From Turneriella sp. (GTDB lineage Bacteria > Spirochaetota > Leptospiria > Turneriellales > Turneriellaceae), in assembly GCA_965279515.1 (NCBI GenBank), contig CBDIID010000003.1, forward strand, positions 4,776,724 to 4,840,723: a stretch of 64,000 nucleotides of DNA, read 5' to 3'. A model generated the notes under the pieces. That model did not search any database, was not told the origin of the DNA, and worked only from the letters and a program-made list of their open reading frames with translations. The position numbers were made by a program, and so were the translations under genes. Shown in pieces: positions 18,926 through 29,170 of the stretch; position 1 is the first letter of the stretch; each line of letters opens with the position of its first letter.

Positions 18926-21211
18926 ATGCGTCGGTTATTCCTGCCCGGTTTCTATTTAATCTCGAACCTGATTTCGTACGGCGCATCGGCGGCTTCGAGC
19001 GCACTCTATGCCGGTATTCTCACATTTGTCTTCATTCTCTATTATAGCTACGCGATCAAACTGCCTGCAATCACCGAACTCATTATTGTCGTGGGCTCAG
19101 CCGCGGGACTCACGACCGTGATCCACGGTATCTGGTTCGGGATATTTCACAAAGTACACTTCTCGGGCCTTACTGGTCCCATGCGGCTGATGAACCGGGC
19201 GATCGTGCGCGGACCTACCTGGTTCAAGGTAGACATCCGGCAGAATTTAAACGCCGACGAATACCGCATGCTGCACCGCAAGCTCTGCTACCTGCCGCGT
19301 GAGAATGCCATGATGTCGGTGGCGATGGTGCTGGTCATCGTCTCGGCGGTGACGTTTTACCTTATCCGCTGGCAGAATTATCCCTTCATTAACCTGATCC
19401 AGGTCGAGGTGATGGCGCTCATCGCCGGTTTTATCCATGCGGGGTTTACCGCGGTTATCACCGAGCTCGTCACGGGTGAGATGCGCACGCGCGTGAAACA
19501 GATCATGTATGAAAAGAAGGTTGAGTTCAGCGAGATCGCGCTCTCGACGGTGCGCTCCAAAATTCTGTTTTTCATTTTGATCATGATCGCAACGCTCTTT
19601 ATCTCGAACTTCATGGTCTATCATAACGTTGAGTTTCCCGTGATGATCCGTTTCTCGATCTTTGCAATCTTTGTCGCGGCGACCATGGCTTACATGCTGT
19701 TCTCGATCGTGCTGCAGTCGCTGCGCGAGATCGAAGCGACATCCAAGAGTATCAAAGAAGGCAAGGATGCCATGCTTTTCCCCCAGGCACTCGACGAAGA
19801 GTTTATCAACGTTGCGACGGGGCTCAACACTGCGACGACGACAATCCGCGACTACCAGGCCAACCTCGAGCGCAAGGTCGAAGAGCGCACGCTGGAGCTA
19901 ACGAAGGCAAATGACTCCCTCAACGCCAAAGACAAACTCATCCAGATGGAACTCGATTTCGCCTCCGAGATCCAAAAAGGAATCATTCCCGCGCGCATCG
20001 AAGAGTGGAACGGCCTGAGATTTTTCGGCTACTATAAACCGATGGAAAAAGTCTCGGGCGACTACTACGATGTTTTTCCCGCGCATGGTAACCGGCTGGG
20101 TGTGCTGATGGCTGACGTTTCGGGTCATGGTGTGCCTGCGGCGCTCATCACGACGATGGCAAAGGTGGCGTTTGCGCGTGCCGCGCAGAACACGCACTCG
20201 CCGGCGCAAACCTTCCGCGAGGTCAACGACCAGCTATTGCAGATCGTCACCACGCAGGATTATCTCACAGCGTTTTACCTGACGATTGACGAGACGCACC
20301 ACTTCTATTTCGGCAATGCCTCGCACCAGCACGCGAAGATTGTGCGCACGCATGGCGGCGTCAGGGTCGGCGTGGGTGCAGAAGCCGGGTCGGCGGCCGG
20401 GCCGCAGGGTGAGGTGGATAATCCGCTCATCGAATCGCTCGATACCGACGGCCTTTTTGTCGGCGCGATGGAAGAGGCGAGCGACAGCTATGGAGAAAAA
20501 GAAGGCAGGCTGTTTGCCGGCGACCGCCTCTTCCTCTACACCGACGGCCTCATCGAGATTCGCAACAAAGACGAGCAGGAATTCGGCAACGAGCGCTTCG
20601 ATGCCTTACTCATTGCGGCGAAGGATTTACCCGGCGACAAGGCGGTGCAATTCATTATCGACGAGGTTTTTCGTTTTGCCGAAGGTTGCCATCCCAACGA
20701 TGACATTTCGATTCTCATGGCGGAAGTGAACCGTGAGTATTCGAAATTTCTGCAGATCGCTGCGCGCGCTTACCAGAAAATAGAGCAGGGTGATAAGCAG
20801 GGTGGTGCGCGCCTTCTCGATGAAGCAATTAAACTCTATAGTAAAAACCTGCTTTCGCTGAAGACAGCGGGGGCGCTAAATTTTGATCTCGGGCGCATCG
20901 AAACGGCCGAGCGTTATTTTCGCGCCTATGCCGATATGAGTCGCCAGAACGCAGAGGTGTTTTTTTACCTGAGTTCGATTGCGATTATCAAAGCCAATTT
21001 CGAACTCGCGGAAGAATATGCGCGCGAGGCGATTAACCTGCGGTCGAACTATGCCCTGGCATTTAACAACCTCGCGATTTCATGCCTGAACCTCGGCAAG
21101 TTTGCCCTGGCGCGTTTTGCGATCGATAAGGCCCTGTCTTTTGAGCCGGAAAATGAAGAAATAAAGAAGAACTCCGCCCGGTTGGAGGAAATCCTGCACA
21201 AAAATCAGTAG
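18926..21211 (+). CDS. Membrane-bound SpoIIE/RsbU PP2C phosphatase with C-terminal TPRs
   Basis: Multi-TM N-terminus, LERKVEERT coiled coil, VSGDYYD, ADVSGHG, YTDGLIE, DDISIL, TPR helices. Confidence 0.9.
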   Translation: MRRLFLPGFYLISNLISYGASAASSALYAGILTFVFILYYSYAIKLPAITELIIVVGSAAGLTTVIHGIWFGIFHKVHFSGLTGPMRLMNRAIVRGPTWFKVDIRQNLNADEYRMLHRKLCYLPRENAMMSVAMVLVIVSAVTFYLIRWQNYPFINLIQVEVMALIAGFIHAGFTAVITELVTGEMRTRVKQIMYEKKVEFSEIALSTVRSKILFFILIMIATLFISNFMVYHNVEFPVMIRFSIFAIFVAATMAYMLFSIVLQSLREIEATSKSIKEGKDAMLFPQALDEEFINVATGLNTATTTIRDYQANLERKVEERTLELTKANDSLNAKDKLIQMELDFASEIQKGIIPARIEEWNGLRFFGYYKPMEKVSGDYYDVFPAHGNRLGVLMADVSGHGVPAALITTMAKVAFARAAQNTHSPAQTFREVNDQLLQIVTTQDYLTAFYLTIDETHHFYFGNASHQHAKIVRTHGGVRVGVGAEAGSAAGPQGEVDNPLIESLDTDGLFVGAMEEASDSYGEKEGRLFAGDRLFLYTDGLIEIRNKDEQEFGNERFDALLIAAKDLPGDKAVQFIIDEVFRFAEGCHPNDDISILMAEVNREYSKFLQIAARAYQKIEQGDKQGGARLLDEAIKLYSKNLLSLKTAGALNFDLGRIETAERYFRAYADMSRQNAEVFFYLSSIAIIKANFELAEEYAREAINLRSNYALAFNNLAISCLNLGKFALARFAIDKALSFEPENEEIKKNSARLEEILHKNQ

Positions 21212-21227
21212 CCGTCTTAACGGGGCC

Positions 21228-22736
21228 ATGCGTATTAGCAATATGCTTCGAATGGGTTCCCTTTTGTTCATTTTGCTGGTGTTTTTAGGGGGTGAAGGCC
21301 TTCTTGCCGCACGTAAGTTTGCCCTCATTGTGGGTTCCAACTACAAGGGCTCTGAAATCAGCCCGCTCAACCTCTGCGAAAAAGACGCCGAGGTGATGAA
21401 ACAATCGATCGTCAATACGGGCAATTTTGAAGCGGCGAATGTCAAGGTGCTTCTGGGCGCCCAGGTCACGCGCGAAAATGTGCGTTCGTCGATTGTCGAC
21501 TGGCTGGGCAGCCAGGTGCGCGAAGGCGACCAGGTATTTTTCTTTTTCGCCGGCCACGGCCAGTTTTTCCGCGATCCCGCCGCGAAAAACGGCATGCGCA
21601 ATTATATCATCATGTTCCAGCGCCCGCACGTTTCTGACGACGAGCTTTCAGAATGGTTTGGTAAACTCAAGACCAAAAAAGCCGTGATCATTCTCGATTG
21701 CTGCTTCTCGGGCGGTATTGCCAAGAAGGGTGCGGCGACGCGCGGCGCGGGTAAAGTGCCGATTCCAGAGGGGCAGGACTATGCCGTGCTGCAGGATATG
21801 GAAGGCGTGCATTTCCAGAACAAGGTCGTTATCTCTTCGGCCGACGATAACGAGACGGCGATTGAAATCGGTAAACCGATCGAACACGGCATTTTCACGT
21901 ATTTTTTCAGTAAGGCAATTTTAGAGGCGGATTTAAACGGCGATAAGAGTATTACCGCATACGAAGCCTTCTACAAGGCCCGCAATGAAACGACCAAACT
22001 CGCGCTGAAGGCCAACCACAAGCAGGTGCCGCAGATTTCAGGCGATGCTTCGGGTTTCCTTTTCGTCGCTGCGGCGGTTGTGCCACCTGCGCCTGAGCCG
22101 GTGCTGCCACCGGTGCCGATTCCACCGCCTGACCCGGTTGTGCCACCGGTAACGCCTGAAGAGCCGCAGAACCCGACGAACAAAAAGACGGGCACGCTCA
22201 TCATCAAGACAACCTACAAGCAGGAGCAGATTTCCGGCGGCGTAACGATCTATATCGACCAGAACGAATTCCCGTTCAGTACCCAATACGTCGATTTCGG
22301 CGCGTGGGGTAAAACGGCGCAGTTCACGCTGACGAAGATTCCCAGCGGTGTGCACAATGTCACCGTCAAAGCCCCGGGGTATCCCGATCAGGTGATTAAA
22401 ACCGGCATCGAACCCAACGGCACGACGACCGAAACAATTACCTGCGGCCTCGCAGGCAAGGGCGCGATTGCGGGTAAGGTTTACCTCGAGAATTTCGACA
22501 CGGGCGCCGAGGGTTTTATTGTCTTCATCAAGCCGCTGCCGAACTTCAAACAGCCTACAGCGACCAGCCGCAAAGACGGTAGTTTCGCTTTCACCGAAGT
22601 GAAACCAGGCCGTTATACTGTTTTCTTACGCGGCTCTTCGAAGGCCCTGATCAAACAATACGATCAGGAGATTAACGTCGAGGCCGACAAGATCACCAAT
22701 CTCGACATTGTGCTGAGAAATATTTTTGCGAAATAA
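21228..22736 (+). CDS. Exported caspase-family (C14) peptidase with Pro-rich linker and beta-sandwich (PEGA/carboxypeptidase-regulatory-like) domains
   Basis: ALIVG, FFFAGHG catalytic His, ILDCCFSG catalytic Cys, HGIFT, QVPQ; signal peptide. Confidence 0.88.
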   Translation: MRISNMLRMGSLLFILLVFLGGEGLLAARKFALIVGSNYKGSEISPLNLCEKDAEVMKQSIVNTGNFEAANVKVLLGAQVTRENVRSSIVDWLGSQVREGDQVFFFFAGHGQFFRDPAAKNGMRNYIIMFQRPHVSDDELSEWFGKLKTKKAVIILDCCFSGGIAKKGAATRGAGKVPIPEGQDYAVLQDMEGVHFQNKVVISSADDNETAIEIGKPIEHGIFTYFFSKAILEADLNGDKSITAYEAFYKARNETTKLALKANHKQVPQISGDASGFLFVAAAVVPPAPEPVLPPVPIPPPDPVVPPVTPEEPQNPTNKKTGTLIIKTTYKQEQISGGVTIYIDQNEFPFSTQYVDFGAWGKTAQFTLTKIPSGVHNVTVKAPGYPDQVIKTGIEPNGTTTETITCGLAGKGAIAGKVYLENFDTGAEGFIVFIKPLPNFKQPTATSRKDGSFAFTEVKPGRYTVFLRGSSKALIKQYDQEINVEADKITNLDIVLRNIFAK

Positions 22737-22739
22737 CGG

Positions 22740-23201
22740 CTAGACTTCGTTCTCGTCTTTTTCGTAGTCAATCGATTCGCTGGCCGAGTCGCCCACGACG
22801 ATAAAGTCGATCTGGTCGATGACTTCGTTTTCAAAGGCGATTTTCAGGCGGTATTCGCCTTCTTCGAGCTGTTTATAGTGGTCGATCAGCATGCCCTGGC
22901 CGTCGACGATCGTGCGGTTTCTGAGGTCGATCTCCTGGTAGCCTAAGGTTTTCTTTTGCAGGGATATACCGTAGAACCTGCCGCTCTTGACCGCCCAGGG
23001 CCGGTAGGCATACCACAAGACATCGTCGCGTTCGAAAATCGGCTTTGTCGAGGGTTTTACGAAGCGCTGCGGTTTAAAGAAATGCTGCTCGAGCACCGGC
23101 AAATTACTGTGGTCGGCGACTGTGAAGGCGAACTGGCCCCTGCCTTTGAAGAAATTACAGCCGCCCGCAGACAGGGCGACCAATAACAGTATGCGGCGCA
23201 T
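22740..23201 (-). CDS. Putative lipoprotein
   Basis: MRRILLLVALSAGGC lipobox-like signal. Confidence 0.7.
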   Translation of the reverse strand: MRRILLLVALSAGGCNFFKGRGQFAFTVADHSNLPVLEQHFFKPQRFVKPSTKPIFERDDVLWYAYRPWAVKSGRFYGISLQKKTLGYQEIDLRNRTIVDGQGMLIDHYKQLEEGEYRLKIAFENEVIDQIDFIVVGDSASESIDYEKDENEV

Positions 23202-23217
23202 ACTGTTATTCTCGGAT

Positions 23218-24159
23218 TTATTTCTCTACTGCTAAATAGCCCTGGCCATCTTTAACGATGCCGGGCGCCGAAACCGACGGCCAGTCGAGGGTATGGCCGC
23301 GCTGTGAGTACACGGCACGCAGGGTAAAATGTTTGATATCCTTCATAAATAGCGGCAGCTTAACGCGGCCATTCTTAGCCCATGAGTCTTTATGGATTTC
23401 AATGAGGGGATAGGGGAGAGCCACTGAGCCGCCGCCGTTTTTATGCGCCGCGAAGCCGGGTTTATAGAGGTGCACCGTCGGTATGTTCTTGGTCAGTTTC
23501 AGCTTATTCGCCATTTCGGCGGAGCTGACGTCGGTGAAGGCCAGCGAAAGAATGGTCCTCGTGCCAAACTGGCCCCGGTTGACGATTTCGATGAGGCTCT
23601 CTTCGCCCGCCACGGAAAATGTTTCTATAAACGGGAAAATTTCGTCGCTGACGAAAGGAATCCAGCGTAAACCATTGAAACGGTAATTCGTTTTGCCCAG
23701 GCTCAATAACTCATCGTGGGGTTTCTCTTCGGTCTTCGAGATCTTAACAGTCGCCGTATCGGCCATCTTCGGCGTGAATTCCTGCATGAAGTCTTTCGTG
23801 TCGAAGAGATTAAGGGTCTTTTCAGCGGCACCGAATGTTACCAGGATCTGTGATTTTTTGTTACCCGTGCCGATAAAGAAAACTTTCGGGTCGCTTAATA
23901 CCTGCGGCCACTCATGCTGGCGCAGCAGGGCATAGGCCTTCTCCGCGGGAGTGAATACGGCGAGGCGCGTCTTCTGCCCGGCCTCAAAAAGCGTGACATC
24001 TTCGAACGACGCGCTGTCGTCGAGCTGGTATTTTTTCTGGACCAGGATCTTTTCGACCTTCGTACCGGTGAGCTGCTCGATTTCGGCCTTAGAGACGTGG
24101 GGATTTCTTTTACAGCCAAAAGCCAGAATACAGAGGAGGGCGAATGTCCATTTTGCCAT
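23218..24159 (-). CDS. Putative lipoprotein
   Basis: MAKWTFALLCILAFGC lipobox-like signal from ATG 24159. Confidence 0.7.
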   Translation of the reverse strand: MAKWTFALLCILAFGCKRNPHVSKAEIEQLTGTKVEKILVQKKYQLDDSASFEDVTLFEAGQKTRLAVFTPAEKAYALLRQHEWPQVLSDPKVFFIGTGNKKSQILVTFGAAEKTLNLFDTKDFMQEFTPKMADTATVKISKTEEKPHDELLSLGKTNYRFNGLRWIPFVSDEIFPFIETFSVAGEESLIEIVNRGQFGTRTILSLAFTDVSSAEMANKLKLTKNIPTVHLYKPGFAAHKNGGGSVALPYPLIEIHKDSWAKNGRVKLPLFMKDIKHFTLRAVYSQRGHTLDWPSVSAPGIVKDGQGYLAVEK

Positions 24160-24250
24160 AAAACCCCAACCATTCGCCGCGATACGGCGCAAAGCCGAAG
24201 TTGGCAAAAGGTTCGGCTTGACGTTGCAAAGGCGAGCCGTAGTCAGAGAC

Positions 24251-26908
24251 ATGCGGCGTTTAGCGGTCCTGGCGGCGGTACTTCTCTGTGGAGCCGCTCT
24301 GTCGGCCGCCGAAGAAAAAACCTATCCGGTTCAGGTCATCGATACCGGCAACACGCTGGAAACTGTATCGCTCGGCAACGACGCAAAAACCCCGGAAAAA
24401 TATACCTGGTTCGCCAGCGACAAGCCCGTCGATCCGATGAAACTTTCATCGCAGATGCTGAAGGGTGACAAACGTAAAGATGTCTGTCCCGAAGATTTTA
24501 AGCCCGTGCATATGCCGGAAAACCTCCTGAAGTATTTCGGCAAGAAACCGGAGAAATCCGTAATCTGGTATTACAAAGCCTTCATCGCGCCGTCGAACCC
24601 GCGCGCAACGCTGGCGATCCGCCTGGGTAAAATCAACGATACCGACGAAGTGTACCTGAACGGCGTTGTCATCGGTAAGACCGGCGATGGAGCACGCAAG
24701 AATGACCACGCGTGGGATAAAGTGCGCATCTACGACATTCCCGTGGTGCTACTGAAACCACTCGAGAAAAATGTACTGCTGGTGCGTGTCGACGTCTATT
24801 TTGACAACGAATTCGGCCTGACACGCGACCGCGCCGAAATCGGCGACAGCGCCAAGATGAACCGCGAGCTCATTGCAGCAGATATAATAGTTCTGGTTTT
24901 TCTCGCCTGTTACCTCACCTTCGGCGCCTATTTTCTTTTTCTTTTTATCCGCCGCCCGCAAGAGAAGCCATACCTGCTGTTCTTTATCTTTATTCTCTGC
25001 CTTGTCATTTACCAGTTGCTGCAGACGCAGGTGAAATATTATTTATCCGCAGATTTTATCTTTCTAAAGCGGATTGAATACATTGCACTGCTTTTTATCG
25101 CCCCGGCTTTTTATTTTTATCTCCGCGAATTTTTCCGCCTGAGCGAAACCCGGTTTTTCCGTTACGTGCATTGGGCGATGCTGGCAATGCTGGCGCTCAA
25201 CGCTGTCGTGCTTGCCACGGTTTTTCTCAGTACCGACGTCACGGTCTGGGCGCGGTACAATGAAATCCTGAACGTCAATATTTCCATGCGCATCTTTTTG
25301 CTGGTCAGCGCGGTGATTGTCGGCTACAAAATCTTTAAAAAAGACAAAGACGCGCGGATCATCATGGTCGGCCTTCTGTTTCTGATCGCCACCTTTGTCG
25401 TTGATAACCTCGTCTACCAGGGCATCCTGAATATCCCGCGGATCAGCGGCTATGTCATCTTCATGTTCCTGATGTCCCTCGCCTTTATTCTCGCCAACCA
25501 GTTTGTGCGTGTGCACAACCAGGTGGAAGATTTAAACCGCAATCTCGAACTCAAGGTTGAGGAGCGTACCCGCGAGCTGCAGCAGACGCTGCAACGCGTG
25601 CAAGACCTGAAATCGCAGCAAGACGGAGATTATTTTCTCACCTCGCTGCTCATTGAGCCGCTTTCTGCCAACCGCGTGGCCAGTGAGCGGACGAAGGTGG
25701 AGTTCTTTCTTAAGGAAAAGAAGGAATTCTCGTTTAGGCGCTGGAGCCGCGACATTGGCGGCGATATCTGCGTGGCCCACACGGTCGACCTGCGCGGCCG
25801 CAAGTTCACCGTCGCGCTCAACGCCGACGCGATGGGTAAATCGATGCAGGGGGCGGGCGGGGCGCTGGTTATGGGCTCGGTTTTCGCAAGTATCATCGAG
25901 CGCACGAAGAGCGCGACGAACGGTCGTGACGTGGCGCCCGAAACCTGGCTGCGCAGTGCCTTTTTCGAACTCAACCGCGTCTTCGAGAGTTTTGACGGCT
26001 CTATGCTTATTTCGATCGTGCTGACGGCGATCGACGATGAGGCGGGCGTCATGTATTACATCAACGCCGAGCATCCATGGACGATCCTGTTTCGCGATAA
26101 CAAGGCGTCTTTTACGGATGAAGAGTTTGCGCTGCGAAAGCTCGGCACGCTGGGCGTCAATGAGAACGTGCAGGTGAAGGTATTCTATCTCGAAGACAAC
26201 GATGTGGTGATCATGGGCTCAGACGGTCGCGACGATCTGATTCTGGGGATCGACCACGAGGGTCAGCGCATTATCAACGAAGATGAGACCCTGATTCTGC
26301 GCCATGTGGAACGGGCCGGTGCAGATCTACCCCGCCTCGTCGAAGAGCTGGCGAAAACCGGGGATTTAAGCGACGACCTTTCCTTTATCCGCATTCAGTA
26401 TTCAGCCCCAGCGGCGCGGCGGCCGCCGATTCGCCTTGCCGAGTCGCAGGCGATAGAGAATTTCAAAACCGATCTCAAAGAACGCGTCAAACCCCTGACG
26501 CTCGGTGAGATGGATGCGATTCTCGAAAAACACCGCGACAACACCACCGAGATGCACCATGCGATCCGCTGGCTGTTCCAGATTAAACAGTATGCGAAGG
26601 GTGCAGAATGGGCCGAGAGGTTTGTGCAGATGTACCCGATGGAATCGGAATTTCTTTACCTCGCCGGGTTCGGTTACAAACTTTCAGGCGAATATACCAA
26701 GGGCCTCGATTTTGCCGAGCGCCTGTTCGGGCGTACGGTTAACCATGAAAAAAATCTCGTGAACCTGACGGACTTACAGCTGATTGCCCGGCAGGCGGCC
26801 GAGGCAGAACTATCGCTGGGAATCCTCATGAAACTCTATCCCCACAACGAGAAAATCCCGCGCCTGAGACAGGCACTACAAGAGCTGCAGGCGAAGCAGT
26901 CGGCATGA
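24251..26908 (+). CDS. Sensor PP2C phosphatase: periplasmic sugar-binding jelly-roll + 7TM + SpoIIE + TPR-like tail
   Basis: Signal peptide MRRLAVLAAV; WYYK..LGKINDTDEVYLNG jelly-roll; 7 TM; IGGD, ADAMGKS, GSDG, DDLS. Confidence 0.85.
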   Translation: MRRLAVLAAVLLCGAALSAAEEKTYPVQVIDTGNTLETVSLGNDAKTPEKYTWFASDKPVDPMKLSSQMLKGDKRKDVCPEDFKPVHMPENLLKYFGKKPEKSVIWYYKAFIAPSNPRATLAIRLGKINDTDEVYLNGVVIGKTGDGARKNDHAWDKVRIYDIPVVLLKPLEKNVLLVRVDVYFDNEFGLTRDRAEIGDSAKMNRELIAADIIVLVFLACYLTFGAYFLFLFIRRPQEKPYLLFFIFILCLVIYQLLQTQVKYYLSADFIFLKRIEYIALLFIAPAFYFYLREFFRLSETRFFRYVHWAMLAMLALNAVVLATVFLSTDVTVWARYNEILNVNISMRIFLLVSAVIVGYKIFKKDKDARIIMVGLLFLIATFVVDNLVYQGILNIPRISGYVIFMFLMSLAFILANQFVRVHNQVEDLNRNLELKVEERTRELQQTLQRVQDLKSQQDGDYFLTSLLIEPLSANRVASERTKVEFFLKEKKEFSFRRWSRDIGGDICVAHTVDLRGRKFTVALNADAMGKSMQGAGGALVMGSVFASIIERTKSATNGRDVAPETWLRSAFFELNRVFESFDGSMLISIVLTAIDDEAGVMYYINAEHPWTILFRDNKASFTDEEFALRKLGTLGVNENVQVKVFYLEDNDVVIMGSDGRDDLILGIDHEGQRIINEDETLILRHVERAGADLPRLVEELAKTGDLSDDLSFIRIQYSAPAARRPPIRLAESQAIENFKTDLKERVKPLTLGEMDAILEKHRDNTTEMHHAIRWLFQIKQYAKGAEWAERFVQMYPMESEFLYLAGFGYKLSGEYTKGLDFAERLFGRTVNHEKNLVNLTDLQLIARQAAEAELSLGILMKLYPHNEKIPRLRQALQELQAKQSA

Positions 26909-27834
26909 GCTGGAAAAAACAATCGATCCTTTCCGCCGGACAGTTCACTCCGGCCGATCTCGGAGAAATTCTGGATCTCTCGCAGCGCATAGAAACCGCG
27001 CTGAAAACAAAGCGCAACCTGAAGCTGCTCGATGATTTTATTCTTGCGACGCTGTTCTTTGAGCCGTCAACACGCACCCGCCTGTCATTCGAAGCGGCGA
27101 TGCACCGGCTGGGCGGCCGCGTGATTTCGACCGTCGGCGTTCAGTTCTCTTCGCTCGCAAAGGGTGAGACGCTCTTCGACACGCTGAAAATGGTCGAATC
27201 GTACAGCGACATCTGCGCGATACGCCATTCGGTTGAGGGTGCCTCATCGCTGGCGGCGCAGAGCATCAAGATACCCGTCATCAATGCCGGTGACGGGGCA
27301 GGGGAGCATCCCACCCAGGGCCTGCTCGATCTCTATACGATCAGCCAGCGTGGTTTCCTGGGGCGTGACAAGTTCCGGATTGCCTTCGTCGGTGACATCA
27401 AGTTCGGCCGTACGATCCATTCACTCGTGCAGTTGCTGTCGCATTTTGGCGCCGAAATGGTGTTTATTGCCCCCGATGAACTGCAGTTGCCTGATAAATA
27501 TAAAAAACAACTCGATGCCGCGAAGATTTCTTACACGCAGACGAGTGACATTGCGGCGCTGAAGGATGTCCACGTCGGCTACATCACGCGCATCCAGGAA
27601 GAACGTTTTACCGACCACCGCGAGTACGAAAAATTCAAGGATGCGTATGTCGTCGACCTCGAGCTGGTGCAAACATGCCGTAAGGATCTTGCGATCATGC
27701 ACCCGCTACCGCGTCTCAGCGAAGTCGCCACCGATCTCGACAACCACCCTGCGGCGGCTTATTTCGAACAGGCAAACAACGGACTCTACGTGCGCATGGC
27801 ACTGATCTTAGGTCTTCTGGATATCAGTCTTTAG
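26905..27834 (+). CDS. pyrB: Aspartate carbamoyltransferase catalytic subunit
   Basis: FFEPSTRTRLSFE, KGETL, INAGDGAGEHPTQ, RIQEER, HPLPR. Confidence 0.96.
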   Translation: MSWKKQSILSAGQFTPADLGEILDLSQRIETALKTKRNLKLLDDFILATLFFEPSTRTRLSFEAAMHRLGGRVISTVGVQFSSLAKGETLFDTLKMVESYSDICAIRHSVEGASSLAAQSIKIPVINAGDGAGEHPTQGLLDLYTISQRGFLGRDKFRIAFVGDIKFGRTIHSLVQLLSHFGAEMVFIAPDELQLPDKYKKQLDAAKISYTQTSDIAALKDVHVGYITRIQEERFTDHREYEKFKDAYVVDLELVQTCRKDLAIMHPLPRLSEVATDLDNHPAAAYFEQANNGLYVRMALILGLLDISL

Positions 27835-29170
27835 GATTTTCGAAACGCGTCAGCACAGAGTATCCGTGCTCGGCAAATAACCCTTCTGCTTTCGACATGA
27901 GCGTAATGGCATCTTTGCCGGCTTCAAGCCCCGCGCGCGTCAGGCGTTGCCAGGTGACGCGCCGGTAGAAAGAATACACGCTCACACCCGATGTGAAACG
28001 CGCACCGCCGGCTGTCGGCAAGATGTGGTTCGTGCCGGAATAATAGTCCCCGGCGGCGACGGGCGCATAATCGCCGACGAAAATACTCCCCGCTGCCCTG
28101 ATGGCATCGAGAATTTTTTCATTTTCTGCCGTCTGTATTTCAAGATGCTCGGGCGCGTATTTATTCGAAATTTCGACGGCTTCAGCGAGTGTGTCAACGA
28201 GCAGCACACGGCCGTTGCGGCGGATTGCCTCGAGGGTGATTTTTTTGCGCCGTTCGTCGTCGTCCCTTTTTTCGAGCGAATGGATAATTTCCGCGCCGAC
28301 GGCGTCAGCCAGCTTACGCGATGTCGTCAGCAAGATTGCCTGTGCATTTTCGTCGTGCTCGGCCTGCGCCATGAGGTCATGCGCGACGTAGCGTGCGTTG
28401 GCCGTGTCGTCGGCAATGATGACAACTTCGCTGGGGCCGGCGAACGAGTCGATGCCGCAGAGGTTCTCACCTGCGGCATGTGTTTTTGCTGCTGACACGT
28501 AAATATTGCCCGGGCCGAATATAAAATCCACGGGTTCGATACCGAGTTCAGGTACACCGTATGCCGCCGCGAAGATCGCCTGTGCGCCACCGGCCTGCAA
28601 AATACGCGTTGCACCCGCGACATGAGCCATCGCCAGCACAATATCGGCGACGCGTTTGTTTTCGGGATCGGGCGGCGTCATGAGCAGGATATCCCCCACG
28701 CCGGCAATGCGAGCGGGCAGGATGCCCATGAGGACAGTCGAAGGGTAAAGCGCCTTACCGCCGGGCACATAGAGCGCCACACGGTCGAAGGGAATGAATT
28801 TTACGCCAAGCGTATTGCCACGGATTTCTGTTTCAAAGCCGGTCTGCTTTTGTTTTTCATGGAAGGCGGTGATATTTTTTGCCGCTTCCTGAAACGCGGC
28901 GAGCGTATCTGCTTGCCCGGCCAAAACACGTTCGTAGGCGGCTTTGAGATCATCAGGCCCCAGAACCAGCTTCTCGGGCGAAAAACCGTCAAATTCGTTG
29001 CCGGCATTTTTGAGCGCCTCTGCTGCATTCTTGCGGAAGGCGGCGCTCAGGGGCTCGATGACCTTGTTTTTTACGGAACTGAGGTCGAGACCGCTGTGCG
29101 AGAACAGGGCTTTATGGTCGGCGGCAGAAAGATCACTGTAACGGTCAATTCGCAGCAGCTTTTCAGACAC
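27824..29170 (-). CDS. hisD: Histidinol dehydrogenase
   Basis: YVPGG, GGAQAI, GPGN, IDSFAGPSE, QAEHD, APEHLE, GDY.SGTNHILPT. Confidence 0.95.
   Translation of the reverse strand: MSEKLLRIDRYSDLSAADHKALFSHSGLDLSSVKNKVIEPLSAAFRKNAAEALKNAGNEFDGFSPEKLVLGPDDLKAAYERVLAGQADTLAAFQEAAKNITAFHEKQKQTGFETEIRGNTLGVKFIPFDRVALYVPGGKALYPSTVLMGILPARIAGVGDILLMTPPDPENKRVADIVLAMAHVAGATRILQAGGAQAIFAAAYGVPELGIEPVDFIFGPGNIYVSAAKTHAAGENLCGIDSFAGPSEVVIIADDTANARYVAHDLMAQAEHDENAQAILLTTSRKLADAVGAEIIHSLEKRDDDERRKKITLEAIRRNGRVLLVDTLAEAVEISNKYAPEHLEIQTAENEKILDAIRAAGSIFVGDYAPVAAGDYYSGTNHILPTAGGARFTSGVSVYSFYRRVTWQRLTRAGLEAGKDAITLMSKAEGLFAEHGYSVLTRFENPKD

Noticed and set aside
22075..22170. Short CCGGT/GCCACC repeats
   Set aside because: Explained by the Pro/Val-rich linker of the caspase-like protein
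23951..24250. 100-aa N-terminal extension of the 985-aa ORF
   Set aside because: Overlaps the antisense lipoprotein gene; the signal peptide begins at ATG 24251
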